Source: Fidelibacterota bacterium (GTDB lineage Bacteria > Fidelibacterota > Fidelibacteria > Fidelibacterales > DSDE01). Taken from it: DNA of 64,000 nucleotides. The translations under genes were made by a program, and so were the position numbers. How positions within the stretch are numbered: position 1 is the first letter of the stretch; each line of letters starts with the position of its first letter. The notes beneath the pieces were generated by a model. It was not told the DNA's origin and searched no databases. It saw only the letters and a program-made list of their open reading frames with translations. Shown piece by piece: positions 1-10,303 of the stretch. Where the stretch lies: NCBI GenBank assembly GCA_046735395.1, contig JBJKQR010000001.1:59398-123397 (forward strand), in the 5' to 3' direction.

Positions 1-16
1 GCTTTTTGAGAAGCTT

Positions 17-90
17 GGCGAAGTAGCTCAGTCGGTTAGAGCAGCGGAATCATAATCCGCGTGTCCGGGGTTCGAGTCCCTGCTTCGCTA
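17..90 (+). tRNA. tRNA-Met (CAT), probably elongator
   Basis: GGCGAAG/CTTCGCT acceptor stem, AGCTCAGTCGGTTAGAGC D-arm, CAT anticodon in GCGGA-ATCATAA-TCCGC, GGTTCGAGTCC T-arm; CCA not encoded. Confidence 0.93.
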
Positions 91-115
91 CTCATTTCTA
101 AATGGCGTTTTTAAT

Positions 116-144
116 AAAGCCCTCTGATACTCAGAGGGCTTTTT
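116..144 (+). terminator. intrinsic terminator after tRNA-Met
   Basis: AAAGCCCTCTGA-TAC-TCAGAGGGCTTTTT hairpin plus T run. Confidence 0.85.
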
Positions 145-450
145 GTTTAACCAGATAATATATACTTACGGATAACAGACCAGTTCTGTAAATAACTGCG
201 ACACCTGAACTGCGCTGCTCCGGGGGAGTCGCACCCGAGACGGTAAAAGCAATTCAACGGAAGATAACTACTATTTAAGTATATATTAAATATGACACAA
301 AACAAAATAAAATATGAAAATCGAGGCTGCATCTGGTTTTTTGCGGAAAAAATAGTTATAATTTTACGCCGTGATATCAGCGGTGAAGGTCCAATCCAAT
401 GTAAATCGGTATGAACATAGTTCGGAAATCCTTTCAACCAGGAGGTGGCT

Positions 451-3348
451 ATGAGAATAAGAACAAAGATCATCGGGATGATGTTTCTGGTGACAGCTGT
501 TGCGCTTCTTCTTTCCTTTCAGATTTCGGACAATATGGCGAACAAGGCCATTGATGACGCCTACTTCAGTAAGCTGGAAGCACTGAAAGCCGCGAAGAGT
601 GATCAGATCTCTCTTTATTTTGAAACGCTTGCAAAATCATTACAGAGCTATGCTTCCTCAAAGGATGTCCTGGATCTCTATGATGAACTTGTTCAGTATC
701 ATCATGATACAAATGTGTCTCCAAAGGGGAATTATGACGTGGAGACGGAAGCCTACCGTGATATCTGGAAGAACGATGGCAGTTACATCACCGATTACTG
801 TGAGGCACACGGCTATCCGGATATTTATCTCATCTGCGCGGCGCATGGTCATGTCATGTACAGCAGCGCACGCAGATCCGATCTGGGGCAGAATCTGGAA
901 TACAGTAGCCTGAAGAACAGCGGTCTGGCTCATATCCGTAAGATGGTTCTAAAGAATAATGGCCTGGCCTTTGAGGATTTCCAACCCTATGAACCGCTGG
1001 GTGGAAAGGTTGCTGCATTTATGGGTGTACCTGTCAGGAAGGACGGGCAAACCATCGGTGTTCTTGTCCTGCAGATGAGCAGCGACGGTATAAATGAGAT
1101 AATGAATGAAAGGGCCGGTATGGGAGAGACCGGGGAGAGCTACCTGGCCACACGGGAGGATGATGGCAGCTATACTTTCCGCAGTACCATGCAGACTATG
1201 GGAAACGGTAAATATGTCATCGGAGCCAGCATCCCGCCTCCGGCATACTGGGAGGAGGCCTTCAAAACCGGGAAGGAAAACAGCGGCATTTACGAGGACA
1301 GCGCCGGAAACGAGGTTGTGGTGTCCTATACTCCGCTGAATGTATATGGCCGGGCCTGGGCTCTCTTCACAAAGATGGATATGAGTGAAATCGATATTCC
1401 CATTATTCATTTACGAAATACTCTTTTCAAGGTGATCCTGCTCTTTATCATCCTCGCTGCCGCCATTGCCTGGTTTTTCGGATCCTCCATTTCAAAAGGA
1501 ATTCACAGAGTCCTGGAAAAAATATACGAGACTATTCGTCAGGTGATTGAGGGTCATCTGAACATTCAGGCGGATAAAAGTGGTGTGACAGTAGATTTTC
1601 GCGAAATTATTGACGGATTGAATCAGCTGATCCGGACCTATGTGGGGCACCTGGACAATATCAATGCTCCGGTCATGATTATTGACCGGGACTATCGGAT
1701 TCGGTTCATGAACCGTGCCGGGGCCGCATTGGGAAAAACTACCGGTGATGCTCTCAAGGGCAGCAAATGCTATGATTTCTTCCGGACCGGAGACTGTAAT
1801 ACGGCTAACTGCGCCTGTAACAGGGCCATGAGCGATGACCGGCCCTCCGCGAGCGAGACCGATGCCCATCCCGGTGACCTTTCTCTGCGTATCGGATACA
1901 ATGGAATTCCGGTGAAGAATCAGAGCGGGGAAATTGTCGGTGCACTCGAGGTTGTCATGGATCAGACTGATTCCTGGAAAGCCATGCAGCTGGTGCAGAA
2001 ACAGAACCAGTACCAGGGGGTGGAAGTGGAAAAGCTTCTGACCAATCTGGGTAAGGTCGGTGAAGGGAACTTCGAGATACAGACCGATGTGGCCGAGGCA
2101 GATTCGGATACCTTTGATATCTCCACCAACTTCATCAAAATCAATGAAGGACTGCGGAAAACTGTCGATACACTCGAAGCGATTTCCACCGAATTCAATC
2201 AGATAGCTGAGGCTGCCGAGCTGGGCCGGCTGACTCACAGAGGAAATTCGGATGCCTATCTGGGACATTATGCCCGAATCGTGGAGATTGTCAATGAAGT
2301 GCTGGATCAGGTCATCAATCCGGTTAATGAATCCATTGCAGTGATGAAGTCCGTGTCTGACCGTGATCTGCGAAGCCGTGTAACGGGGGATTACGCCGGT
2401 GATCTGGATGATTTCAAGACCTTCATCAATACAGCTATCGAAAATCTTGATATGGCTCTGAATCAGGTCGCCGAGGGTGTAGTCCAGGTTTCATCCGCGT
2501 CAGATCAAATCAGCAGAGGAAGCCAGAATCTGGCTGAAGGGGCCAATGAACAGGCCTCTTCCCTCGAGGAAATATCTTCCTCCCTGGAACAGATGGCCAG
2601 TATGACAAATCAGAATGCGGATTATGCAAAACAGGCGAATGGACTCAGCCAGGAAGCAAATGATTTTGCTCTCCAGGGCAATTCGGGAATGAAAAAGATG
2701 ATGGAGGCCGTGAACCGGATCAAGGAAAGCAGTGATGAGACGGCAAAAATCGTGAAAACCATTGATGAAATTGCCTTCCAGACAAATCTGCTGGCTCTGA
2801 ATGCAGCTGTGGAAGCAGCGCGTGCCGGAGATGCGGGGAAGGGTTTCGCTGTGGTGGCCGAAGAAGTGCGGAATCTAGCTCAAAGGTCAGCCGAAGCCGC
2901 GAAGAATACCTCCGCCATGATTCAGGAATCCGTCGAAAATGCGGATGAAGGCGTGGCCACCAGCCGTGAAGTTGCCGAGCTTCTGGAGCATATTGATGAG
3001 AGCAGCGGCAAGGTCAAGACTCTGGTTGCAGAAATTGCGGCCGCATCCAAGGAGCAGGCTGCGGGAATTGAACAGGTTAATACGGCTGTTGCCCAGTTGA
3101 ACCAGGTGACACAGCAGAATGCTGCCAACAGTGAGGAAAGCGCATCCGCCGCCGAAGAGCTGAATTCTCAGGCAGCTCAGCTTACGGATATGGTTCGGAG
3201 CTTTTCTCTGTCTGAAAATAGGGTAGAACAACAGCCTACGGTGAAAAAACAGGTCGAAATGCCCCGTACTCGGCCGGCCATCCGGAAAATTGTAAGCAAA
3301 CCCGAGAAAGTCATTTCTCTCGATAATGATGAATTCGGGGATTTCTGA
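451..3348 (+). CDS. methyl-accepting chemotaxis protein (TM-dCache-TM-HAMP-PAS-HAMPs-signalling domain)
   Basis: [37 protein letters not shown] hairpin tip; two TM helices; C-terminal xFxxF pentapeptide EFGDF; GGAGG RBS favours ATG 451 over GTG 445. Confidence 0.96.
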   Translation: MRIRTKIIGMMFLVTAVALLLSFQISDNMANKAIDDAYFSKLEALKAAKSDQISLYFETLAKSLQSYASSKDVLDLYDELVQYHHDTNVSPKGNYDVETEAYRDIWKNDGSYITDYCEAHGYPDIYLICAAHGHVMYSSARRSDLGQNLEYSSLKNSGLAHIRKMVLKNNGLAFEDFQPYEPLGGKVAAFMGVPVRKDGQTIGVLVLQMSSDGINEIMNERAGMGETGESYLATREDDGSYTFRSTMQTMGNGKYVIGASIPPPAYWEEAFKTGKENSGIYEDSAGNEVVVSYTPLNVYGRAWALFTKMDMSEIDIPIIHLRNTLFKVILLFIILAAAIAWFFGSSISKGIHRVLEKIYETIRQVIEGHLNIQADKSGVTVDFREIIDGLNQLIRTYVGHLDNINAPVMIIDRDYRIRFMNRAGAALGKTTGDALKGSKCYDFFRTGDCNTANCACNRAMSDDRPSASETDAHPGDLSLRIGYNGIPVKNQSGEIVGALEVVMDQTDSWKAMQLVQKQNQYQGVEVEKLLTNLGKVGEGNFEIQTDVAEADSDTFDISTNFIKINEGLRKTVDTLEAISTEFNQIAEAAELGRLTHRGNSDAYLGHYARIVEIVNEVLDQVINPVNESIAVMKSVSDRDLRSRVTGDYAGDLDDFKTFINTAIENLDMALNQVAEGVVQVSSASDQISRGSQNLAEGANEQASSLEEISSSLEQMASMTNQNADYAKQANGLSQEANDFALQGNSGMKKMMEAVNRIKESSDETAKIVKTIDEIAFQTNLLALNAAVEAARAGDAGKGFAVVAEEVRNLAQRSAEAAKNTSAMIQESVENADEGVATSREVAELLEHIDESSGKVKTLVAEIAAASKEQAAGIEQVNTAVAQLNQVTQQNAANSEESASAAEELNSQAAQLTDMVRSFSLSENRVEQQPTVKKQVEMPRTRPAIRKIVSKPEKVISLDNDEFGDF

Positions 3349-3466
3349 CCGCTCTGTAAACGGAGAGTGACAGAGCTTTATCCTTCCTCTCCGGGGCCTT
3401 TCAGATTGTTTATCCGCGGAAGATTAAATATATTCTGACATGGCCCGTGCAAAAAGTGAAAGATAC

Positions 3467-3497
3467 AAAAAACCCTCTTCCAAGAAAGAGGGTTTTT
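3467..3497. terminator. bidirectional intrinsic terminator between the MCP and tRNA-Leu
   Basis: AAAAAACCCTCTT...AAGAGGGTTTTT inverted repeat with A/T runs on both sides. Confidence 0.85.
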
Positions 3498-3503
3498 CCT
3501 GTG

Positions 3504-3587
3504 TACCGAGGGCGGGAGTCGAACCCGCACGAACCGAAGTTCGGTGGATTTTGAGTCCACTGCGTCTGCCAGTTTCACCACCCCGGC
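3504..3587 (-). tRNA. tRNA-Leu (CAA)
   Basis: Reverse strand GCCGGGGTGGTGAAACTGGCAGACGC...GTGGA-CTCAAAA-TCCAC, long variable arm, GGTTCGACTCC. Confidence 0.95.
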
Positions 3588-3645
3588 TATTTTCAAAAAG
3601 CCGCGGAATTTTTGAATAATATTTACTAATGTCAAGGGAAAAGCG

Positions 3646-5460
3646 TTGGGTATAGAACGATTGAAGAAAGAGACCATTCCTCAGATTTTTCTGGACAGCT
3701 GCCGGAAATGGTCTTCCCGGCCTGCCTACAGTGTGAAACATCGGGGAAGATGGGAAGATCTGAGTTATGGTCAGGTTTATTCTCTGGCCAAGGAAACGGC
3801 TACGGCGCTCTGGAAGCTGGGGTTCCGCCGGGGTGATGTGATGGCCATTTTGTCCGAAAACCGGCCTGAATGGAACATCTGTGATTTTGCCATCAGCGGA
3901 GCGGGAATGGTGTCAGTACCGGTTTATCCCACACTGACATCGGAGCAGATTCTGTATATTCTGGATCACAGTGAAGCGGGCCTTATTTTTGTGTCGTCCG
4001 CTGAACAGGCCCGTAAAATTATGGATATTCAGCAGACGCTTCCGAAACTTAAATATATGATCGTTTTTGATGAAAATGGAATGCCACAGAACCAGGATTG
4101 GATTCTGGGCTTCGATGCCTTCAGAGCACTGTCCGAAAAGGAAGCGGCCGCTTTTGTCTATGATTTTGATGCCGAATGCGACAAAAGTGAAGAGGACGAC
4201 ATCTTTACGATCATTTATACTTCGGGAACAACAGGTGTCCCCAAGGGAGTGATTCTCTCGCAGCGCAACGTGGCCTCCAATGTCGAATCTGCACTGAAGG
4301 CACTGAGCATTGACGAACAGGATGTATTTCTGTCTTTTCTCCCGCTTTCCCATAGCCTGGAACGTATGGCCGGACATGTTGCGCCCTTCCGTGCCGGATC
4401 CCGTGTCGCCTTTGCCGAAGGTGTAAATGAGGTACAGGATAATCTGCTCGAGATCGGGCCGACCGTGGTCATTTCCGTTCCACGGCTCTTTGAAAAGATT
4501 TACAGTAAAATACAGCTGGGACTTTCATCCTCATCCGCCCCGAAAAAGAAGGTGTTTTCATGGGCTGTAAAGGTCGGTTCACGGATCAGCAGCAGCTGCA
4601 GTCAGTTCGGACGGCATCCACGGGGATTTCTGGCTCTGAAGGGACGGATCGCTTTCCAACTTGTATTTAAGAAATTGTCCCGGGCTCTCGGTGGAAATAT
4701 CCGGTATTTTGTTTCCGGCGGCGCACCGCTGAGCAGAGATATCGGAGAATTTTTCGATGCTGCCGGAATTCCGGTTCTGGAAGGATATGGCCTTACGGAA
4801 ACGTCTCCCGTTACAAATGTGAACCGCCTGGAACGCTACAAATTCGGAACGGTGGGGCCTGCTATCGAGGGTGTGGAAATCAGCCTGTCTGATGAGCAGG
4901 AAATTTGGGTGAAAGGCCCCAATGTTATGAAAGGCTACTTCAGGGATGCCGCTGCGACGGAAGAAGCTTTTTCCGAAGACGGATGGCTGCGGACCGGAGA
5001 TCTGGGAGAGATTGATGAGGATGGGTATCTGAAAATTACCGGCCGCATCAAGGATATCATTGTAACATCCGGCGGAAAGAATATTGCTCCGGCACGGACC
5101 GAACAGGCGCTGAGCCAGAGTCCCTATATCAGTCAGGTTGTGATCATCGGCGACCGGCGCAGCTATCTGACTGCGCTTATTGTGCCCAATCTGGACGAGA
5201 TCCGGCAATTAGCCGCCGATAAGCAGATTCAGTACGACAGTGATGAGCAGTTGGTACACCATTTTGAAATTCTGGGTTTTATAGAAAAGGAAGTGGAGGC
5301 ACAGCAGCAGAATCTGGCTCGCTTCGAACAGATCAAGAAATTTACGCTCATGTCCCGGGAGTTCAGCATCGAAGAGGGCGAAATGACGCCTTCGCTGAAA
5401 ATCCGGCGGGCCATGGTGGAAAATAAGTATTCGGACATCATTGATATCATGTACAGTTAA
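3646..5460 (+). CDS. fadD: long-chain fatty acid--CoA ligase (AMP-binding family)
   Basis: YTSGTTGVPKG, GYGLTETSP, GWLRTGDLG and GRIKDIIVTSGGKNIAP motifs; true start may be TTG 3661. Confidence 0.9.
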   Translation: MGIERLKKETIPQIFLDSCRKWSSRPAYSVKHRGRWEDLSYGQVYSLAKETATALWKLGFRRGDVMAILSENRPEWNICDFAISGAGMVSVPVYPTLTSEQILYILDHSEAGLIFVSSAEQARKIMDIQQTLPKLKYMIVFDENGMPQNQDWILGFDAFRALSEKEAAAFVYDFDAECDKSEEDDIFTIIYTSGTTGVPKGVILSQRNVASNVESALKALSIDEQDVFLSFLPLSHSLERMAGHVAPFRAGSRVAFAEGVNEVQDNLLEIGPTVVISVPRLFEKIYSKIQLGLSSSSAPKKKVFSWAVKVGSRISSSCSQFGRHPRGFLALKGRIAFQLVFKKLSRALGGNIRYFVSGGAPLSRDIGEFFDAAGIPVLEGYGLTETSPVTNVNRLERYKFGTVGPAIEGVEISLSDEQEIWVKGPNVMKGYFRDAAATEEAFSEDGWLRTGDLGEIDEDGYLKITGRIKDIIVTSGGKNIAPARTEQALSQSPYISQVVIIGDRRSYLTALIVPNLDEIRQLAADKQIQYDSDEQLVHHFEILGFIEKEVEAQQQNLARFEQIKKFTLMSREFSIEEGEMTPSLKIRRAMVENKYSDIIDIMYS

Positions 5461-5474
5461 GAAAGGACGGTATC

Positions 5475-6479
5475 TTGGGCAATTCATACAAGGAAAGCGG
5501 CGTGGATATTGAGGCGGGGGAATCCGCGGTCAGGGCCATCAGGGAAAAAATCCGCTCCACATTTTCAGAGCATGTCCTGAGCGGGATCGGACATTTCGGC
5601 GCATTCTACGACGCTTCCTTCCATGGCTATCAGAATCCTGTGCTGGTCAGCAGTACGGATGGTGTGGGCACGAAGCTGAAGGTTGCCTTCATGGCTGGTA
5701 TTCATCATACGGTCGGTCAGGATATCGTCAATCACTGCGTGGATGATATTCTCACCTCCGGTGCCCGTCCTCTGTTTTTTCTGGATTATATCGGTACGGG
5801 GGTGCTCAGTCCGGATGTCATTGAGCAGGTCATCGACGGTATGGTGAAGGCCTGTCGTGAAAATTCCTGTTCTCTTATCGGGGGAGAGATGGCCGAGATG
5901 CCCGGGCTCTATCAGGACAAGGAATATGACATCAGCGGAACGATCGTAGGCCTGGTGGAAAGGGAGGATATCATTGACGGGTCGGAGATTCGACCCGGAC
6001 AGGTCATGGTGGGGCTGCGCTCAGCCGGCCTGCACACAAACGGATTTTCCCTGGCCCGAAAGGTATTATTTGACAAATATACTCCCGATGCCCATATCGC
6101 AGAATTCGGTAAAAGCCTGGCTGAAGAGCTTCTGACCGTGCACAAATCCTATCTGCATCCCGTGCAGGCGGTTCTGGAGGAAATTCGGGTTACAGGTATC
6201 TCCCATATTACCGGCGGCGGGATCGTGGGAAACACAAATCGTATTTTCAGGGGAAATGTGGGATATGATATTTTCTGGGACCGTATACCGGGTTTGCCCA
6301 TATTTGATCTGATCCGGAAAACAGGCAGGATTGAAGAAGAGGAAATGCGCAAGGTTTTTAACCTGGGAATCGGTATGATTCTCATCATGGATGAAGATGA
6401 GGTCAATCCGGCCATGGATATTCTGACGGGCATGGGGGAGGATCCGCTGATCATCGGAATGACGAGGGAGGCTGAATGA
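5475..6479 (+). CDS. purM: phosphoribosylformylglycinamidine cyclo-ligase (AIR synthetase)
   Basis: YKESGVDI, STDGVGTK, GARPLFFLDY, GGEMAEMPG, GLHTNGFS, HITGGG and FNLGIG motifs. Confidence 0.97.
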   Translation: MGNSYKESGVDIEAGESAVRAIREKIRSTFSEHVLSGIGHFGAFYDASFHGYQNPVLVSSTDGVGTKLKVAFMAGIHHTVGQDIVNHCVDDILTSGARPLFFLDYIGTGVLSPDVIEQVIDGMVKACRENSCSLIGGEMAEMPGLYQDKEYDISGTIVGLVEREDIIDGSEIRPGQVMVGLRSAGLHTNGFSLARKVLFDKYTPDAHIAEFGKSLAEELLTVHKSYLHPVQAVLEEIRVTGISHITGGGIVGNTNRIFRGNVGYDIFWDRIPGLPIFDLIRKTGRIEEEEMRKVFNLGIGMILIMDEDEVNPAMDILTGMGEDPLIIGMTREAE

Positions 6480-7486
6480 AAATATCCGTAATCGGCGCCG
6501 GATCGTGGGGTACCACTCTCGGCCTGCATCTTTATGATCTGGGACATTCGGTGAAATTCTGGGAATATGACGCTGACCGGGTTTGGCGCATGAATGAAGA
6601 CGGCATCAATGATCTGCTTCCGAACCGTCGGATTCCGAATGATGTCATCACATCCAACCAGCTTTCCGATCTGCTTGTCGATCCGGATCTCATCGTGACC
6701 GCTGTTCCGTCCCATGTCATGAGAAGTACGCTGCAGATTGCAGCTGCTGTGCGTCCTTCTACCCGGCCGCTGATTGTAAATATTTCCAAGGGAATCGAAA
6801 ATGACAGCCTGAAACGGATGAGTGAAGTGATCTCGGAGACCCTGCCCTGGGACTATGAAGCCATCGTGACCCTGTCCGGGCCCAGCCACGCTGAGGAAGT
6901 ATCCGAAAAGCTTCCCACCCTGCTGGTGGCGGCGTCGGAGGAGGATTCGGCGGCCCGGCGTGTTCAGGAAGAATTTATGAGCGACCGTCTGCGCATCTAC
7001 AGTTCCACGGATCTCATCGGTGTGGAGCTGGGAGGATCCCTGAAAAATGTGATTGCCATCGCCGCGGGAATCTGTGACGGAGTCGGATTCGGCGACAATA
7101 CGAAATCGGCCCTGATCATCCGAGGCGCGTTCGAAATCAGCCGACTCGGCCAGGCTCTGGGCGCCCGCAACGAAACCTTTTCGGGATTGAGCGGCATCGG
7201 CGATCTGATTGTGACGGGAATGAGCCGGCACAGCCGGAATCGTCATGTGGGTGAACAATTGGGACGGGGACGAAAACTTCAGGATATCCTTTCGGAAATG
7301 AAAATGGTGGCAGAAGGTGTCCATACTGCCAAATCAGCGTATCAGTTCGCAACAAAGGCGGCAGTGGAAATGCCGATTGCCGAAGCGGTCTATCGGGTGC
7401 TGTTTGAAGATGCTGATCCTCTTATGGAAGTGAATACGCTCATGACCCGGGATCCCCGGGAGGAATGGCATTCAGTCAACCGCTGA
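6476..7486 (+). CDS. gpsA: NAD(P)H-dependent glycerol-3-phosphate dehydrogenase
   Basis: GAGSWGT Rossmann motif, SKGIE, LSGPSHA, KNVIAIAAG, GDLIVT and SRN; ATGA overlap with purM. Confidence 0.97.
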   Translation: MKISVIGAGSWGTTLGLHLYDLGHSVKFWEYDADRVWRMNEDGINDLLPNRRIPNDVITSNQLSDLLVDPDLIVTAVPSHVMRSTLQIAAAVRPSTRPLIVNISKGIENDSLKRMSEVISETLPWDYEAIVTLSGPSHAEEVSEKLPTLLVAASEEDSAARRVQEEFMSDRLRIYSSTDLIGVELGGSLKNVIAIAAGICDGVGFGDNTKSALIIRGAFEISRLGQALGARNETFSGLSGIGDLIVTGMSRHSRNRHVGEQLGRGRKLQDILSEMKMVAEGVHTAKSAYQFATKAAVEMPIAEAVYRVLFEDADPLMEVNTLMTRDPREEWHSVNR

Positions 7487-7509
7487 CGAATTATTTCAGA
7501 GACGAATTT

Positions 7510-8463
7510 ATGATAACTGCAAAGCTGAAAAAGGCTTTGGGGAGATGGCTGCTACCGTGCATGGCCGTTGGCCTGCTCGGCAGCTGTGCGCCACGGCTCA
7601 TGGACAGCTATTCCGGGGTTTATTACCGCTACGATGAACGCTTGAAGGAAAAAGTTCCCTACTCGGGAATTCTTCACGGAAGCGGCCCTCTCGGGTTTCC
7701 GGCATGGGAAATCGCTTTTTGTCAGGGACAGAAATGCGGAGAATGGAAACAATATGACCAATGGGGCCGGCTGATGTATATTCATCGCTACACTTCGGGC
7801 CTGCCTGACGGACTCTGGGAAAGTTATTATCCTTCCGGAGCCGTGGAAAAACGGGGTCTGTATATCCGTGGCGTAAAGGAAGGGGAATGGAAACTCTGGA
7901 ATAAAAAATCTGTCTGTATCGCGGATGTGCCCTATCAATTGGGACAGATAAACGGGAAAACGCGTTTTTATTATGATAACGGGATTCTGCGGGAAGAGAC
8001 GGAATACCTGCTCGGGAAAAAACAGGGCTCCAGCCGGTGCCAGGATGAAGATGGACGCCTGACGACAAGCGGCACTTACAGAGACGGTATGAAGCATGGA
8101 ATCTGGATGAGCTTTTATGCGGATGGCTTGCCGAAATCCCGGGAAGAATATGAAAACGGCCGGCCGACAGGCCGCTGGGAACAGTGGTATCCGTCCGGAC
8201 AGCTTCTGCGCAGCGCGGGATATCGGAACGGAAAGCTGGAGGGTCCTCTGCGGGAATTTTATTCCAATGCGGAAAAGAAACGGGAGGAGCATTATGAATC
8301 CGGGCTGCGGAACGGTGTCTGCAGCGAGTGGTACCGGAGCGGTGCGATCCGGCAGTTGGGTGAGTACCGGCATGGCCTGCGGAACGGTGAATTTATTTTT
8401 TGGTCAGCAAAGGGTGATACAACACGGATCTGGCATTTCCGGAATGGGGTACAGATTCCCTGA
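7510..8463 (+). CDS. MORN-variant (YwqK-like) repeat lipoprotein
   Basis: About 10 repeats of G-x-W-x-x-(Y/W)-Y-x-x-G...G-x-Y-x-x-G; lipobox-like LLGSC; start placed at ATG 7510 (ORF track 7465). Confidence 0.8.
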   Translation: MITAKLKKALGRWLLPCMAVGLLGSCAPRLMDSYSGVYYRYDERLKEKVPYSGILHGSGPLGFPAWEIAFCQGQKCGEWKQYDQWGRLMYIHRYTSGLPDGLWESYYPSGAVEKRGLYIRGVKEGEWKLWNKKSVCIADVPYQLGQINGKTRFYYDNGILREETEYLLGKKQGSSRCQDEDGRLTTSGTYRDGMKHGIWMSFYADGLPKSREEYENGRPTGRWEQWYPSGQLLRSAGYRNGKLEGPLREFYSNAEKKREEHYESGLRNGVCSEWYRSGAIRQLGEYRHGLRNGEFIFWSAKGDTTRIWHFRNGVQIP

Positions 8464-8511
8464 CCCGCACTCAGCGGAGAATTAATCCTTATATTGTATA
8501 TGGAATAGACA

Positions 8512-9852
8512 ATGTGGAGCATACATTTAAAGGACAGACATGAGATCGTAGGGCTGGCATGGCCCACAATTCTCGGTATGGTGGGCAGCACGCTCATGGG
8601 GCTGGTGGATACGGCAATGGTCGGGCGCCTGTCAGCAGAAGCGCTGGCCGCTGTCGGTCTGGGAAATATGATTATCTGGGCAATCGGATCGCTTGTCAAT
8701 TCGGTGAATGTGGGCGTACAGACGGTGAGCGCGCGGCGTTTCGGTGAAGGCCGTTTTTCCGAATGCGGTGAAAGCCTCCACAATGGGATTCTCCTGTCCA
8801 TCGTAGCCGGAACCGTATTGACGGCACTGGCCGTATTTTTCCTCCATGATTTTTTTGCGATGATCAATGATGATGCCCGGGTCATAGTTCTGGGTGATGA
8901 GTATATGATGGTCCGGCTGTACGGCATCCTGCCATCCATGCTGTTCTTCGCGGCCTATGGGTTTTTTAATGGAGTCGGCCACACAAAAGTTCATTTTCAG
9001 GTATCTCTGATTTCGAATTCCCTGAATATTCTCATCAATTATGCCCTGATTTTCGGGAAATGGGGCTGTCCGGCCATGGGTGTACGCGGCGCCGCAGTAG
9101 GGACGGTCATCGCAACCTGGATTGCGGCTCTCAACTATTTTATCTGGCTCTTTCACCCCGCAATCCGGCATCGCTTCCACCTTTTCCGCGGAAAGTGGTT
9201 CAATGTCGTTTTCATGAAACGCATCGTAAATCTGTCCCTGGCCAGCGGGCTTCAGAACTTTTTCGTCCTCATCGGCTTCACTATTTTCATGGTAATTGTG
9301 GGACGTATCGGAACCATCGAGCTTGCCGCGACGGATATCATCTTCAATATTCTTTCCATTTCCTTCATGCCCGGCCAGGGCTTCGGCCTGGCTGCCGGAA
9401 CCCTGGTGGGAAAGTACATGGGCGAGCGGCGTTTCGACAGAGCGCAGGATCTTGCCTGGCAGACCATTCTCATAAATGTGCTCTTCATGGGCAGCATGGG
9501 CCTGATCTTCATTTTCTTTCCACGACAGATCCTGGTTCTTTTCACATCGGAGCCGTCTGTGATCGAAATCGGCAGTATTCCCTTGAGAATTCTGGGTTTT
9601 GTTCAATTCATCGATGCGGTGGGGATGACGCTGATGGGTGCGCTTCGCGGTGCCGGGGATACGGCCTATGTCGCCTATGCTGATACGCTGCTGAACTGGT
9701 TTGTATTTCTGCCCATCACCTGGTTTCTGGGCGTATTCATGAAAATGGGTGTCAATGGAGCCTGGTCCGCATTCATCGTTTACCTCGTTGCCTTTGCGGC
9801 TGTGCTCGGCCGGCGTTTTGTCCGGGGGAAATGGAAATCTATCGTCGTTTAA
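8512..9852 (+). CDS. MATE family efflux transporter
   Basis: About 12 TM helices; DTAMVGRL, NILINYALIFG..G.PAMGVRGAA and GALRGAGDT. Confidence 0.93.
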   Translation: MWSIHLKDRHEIVGLAWPTILGMVGSTLMGLVDTAMVGRLSAEALAAVGLGNMIIWAIGSLVNSVNVGVQTVSARRFGEGRFSECGESLHNGILLSIVAGTVLTALAVFFLHDFFAMINDDARVIVLGDEYMMVRLYGILPSMLFFAAYGFFNGVGHTKVHFQVSLISNSLNILINYALIFGKWGCPAMGVRGAAVGTVIATWIAALNYFIWLFHPAIRHRFHLFRGKWFNVVFMKRIVNLSLASGLQNFFVLIGFTIFMVIVGRIGTIELAATDIIFNILSISFMPGQGFGLAAGTLVGKYMGERRFDRAQDLAWQTILINVLFMGSMGLIFIFFPRQILVLFTSEPSVIEIGSIPLRILGFVQFIDAVGMTLMGALRGAGDTAYVAYADTLLNWFVFLPITWFLGVFMKMGVNGAWSAFIVYLVAFAAVLGRRFVRGKWKSIVV

Positions 9853-9867
9853 CAGGAGGAGGGACCC

Positions 9868-10272
9868 ATGTCATTATTTACAAAAAGCCTGCGTACACGG
9901 CAGCGAAATGAATTTGTGGACATCACCCGGGAAATACAGTCCTGCATCGCGGAATCAAATGTTATCCACGGTCTGGTTACCATCTTTATACCGCATACGA
10001 CAGCAGCCGTGACGATCAATGAAAATGCAGATCCGGATGTGCGAAAGGATCTGGGGCATAAACTTTCACTCCTGATTCCCGAACAGGAAGACTTTTACCG
10101 CCATGCGGAGGGAAACAGCGATGCCCATATGAAATCCAGCCTCTTCGGGCCTTCCCTGACTCTGATTATCGAAAACGGCCGCTGTCTCCTGGGAACCTGG
10201 CAGGGAATCTACTTCTGTGAATTTGATGGCCCAAGAACCCGGTCATATCACGTGAAAATCGTTGAAGGGTAG
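9868..10272 (+). CDS. yjbQ: YjbQ/UPF0047 family protein (secondary thiamine-phosphate synthase family)
   Basis: PHTTAAVTINENADPDV, HAEGNSDAH and LGTWQGIYFCEFDGPR. Confidence 0.92.
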   Translation: MSLFTKSLRTRQRNEFVDITREIQSCIAESNVIHGLVTIFIPHTTAAVTINENADPDVRKDLGHKLSLLIPEQEDFYRHAEGNSDAHMKSSLFGPSLTLIIENGRCLLGTWQGIYFCEFDGPRTRSYHVKIVEG

Positions 10273-10303
10273 TTGAAGAATCCTTTTCCGGCGAAAGCAT
10301 GAG

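Noticed and set aside
147..473. 108-aa minus-strand ORF and the GC-rich TGCGAC...GTCGCA stem at about 197-233 as a possible riboswitch
   Set aside because: The ORF crosses AT-rich promoter DNA and has no protein-like features. The stem lacks c-di-GMP or other riboswitch consensus motifs that I can recognise.
7510..8463. Toxin-antitoxin (YwqK antitoxin) call
   Set aside because: No adjacent toxin gene. MORN-variant repeat lipoproteins are common, and this one sits in a housekeeping operon.
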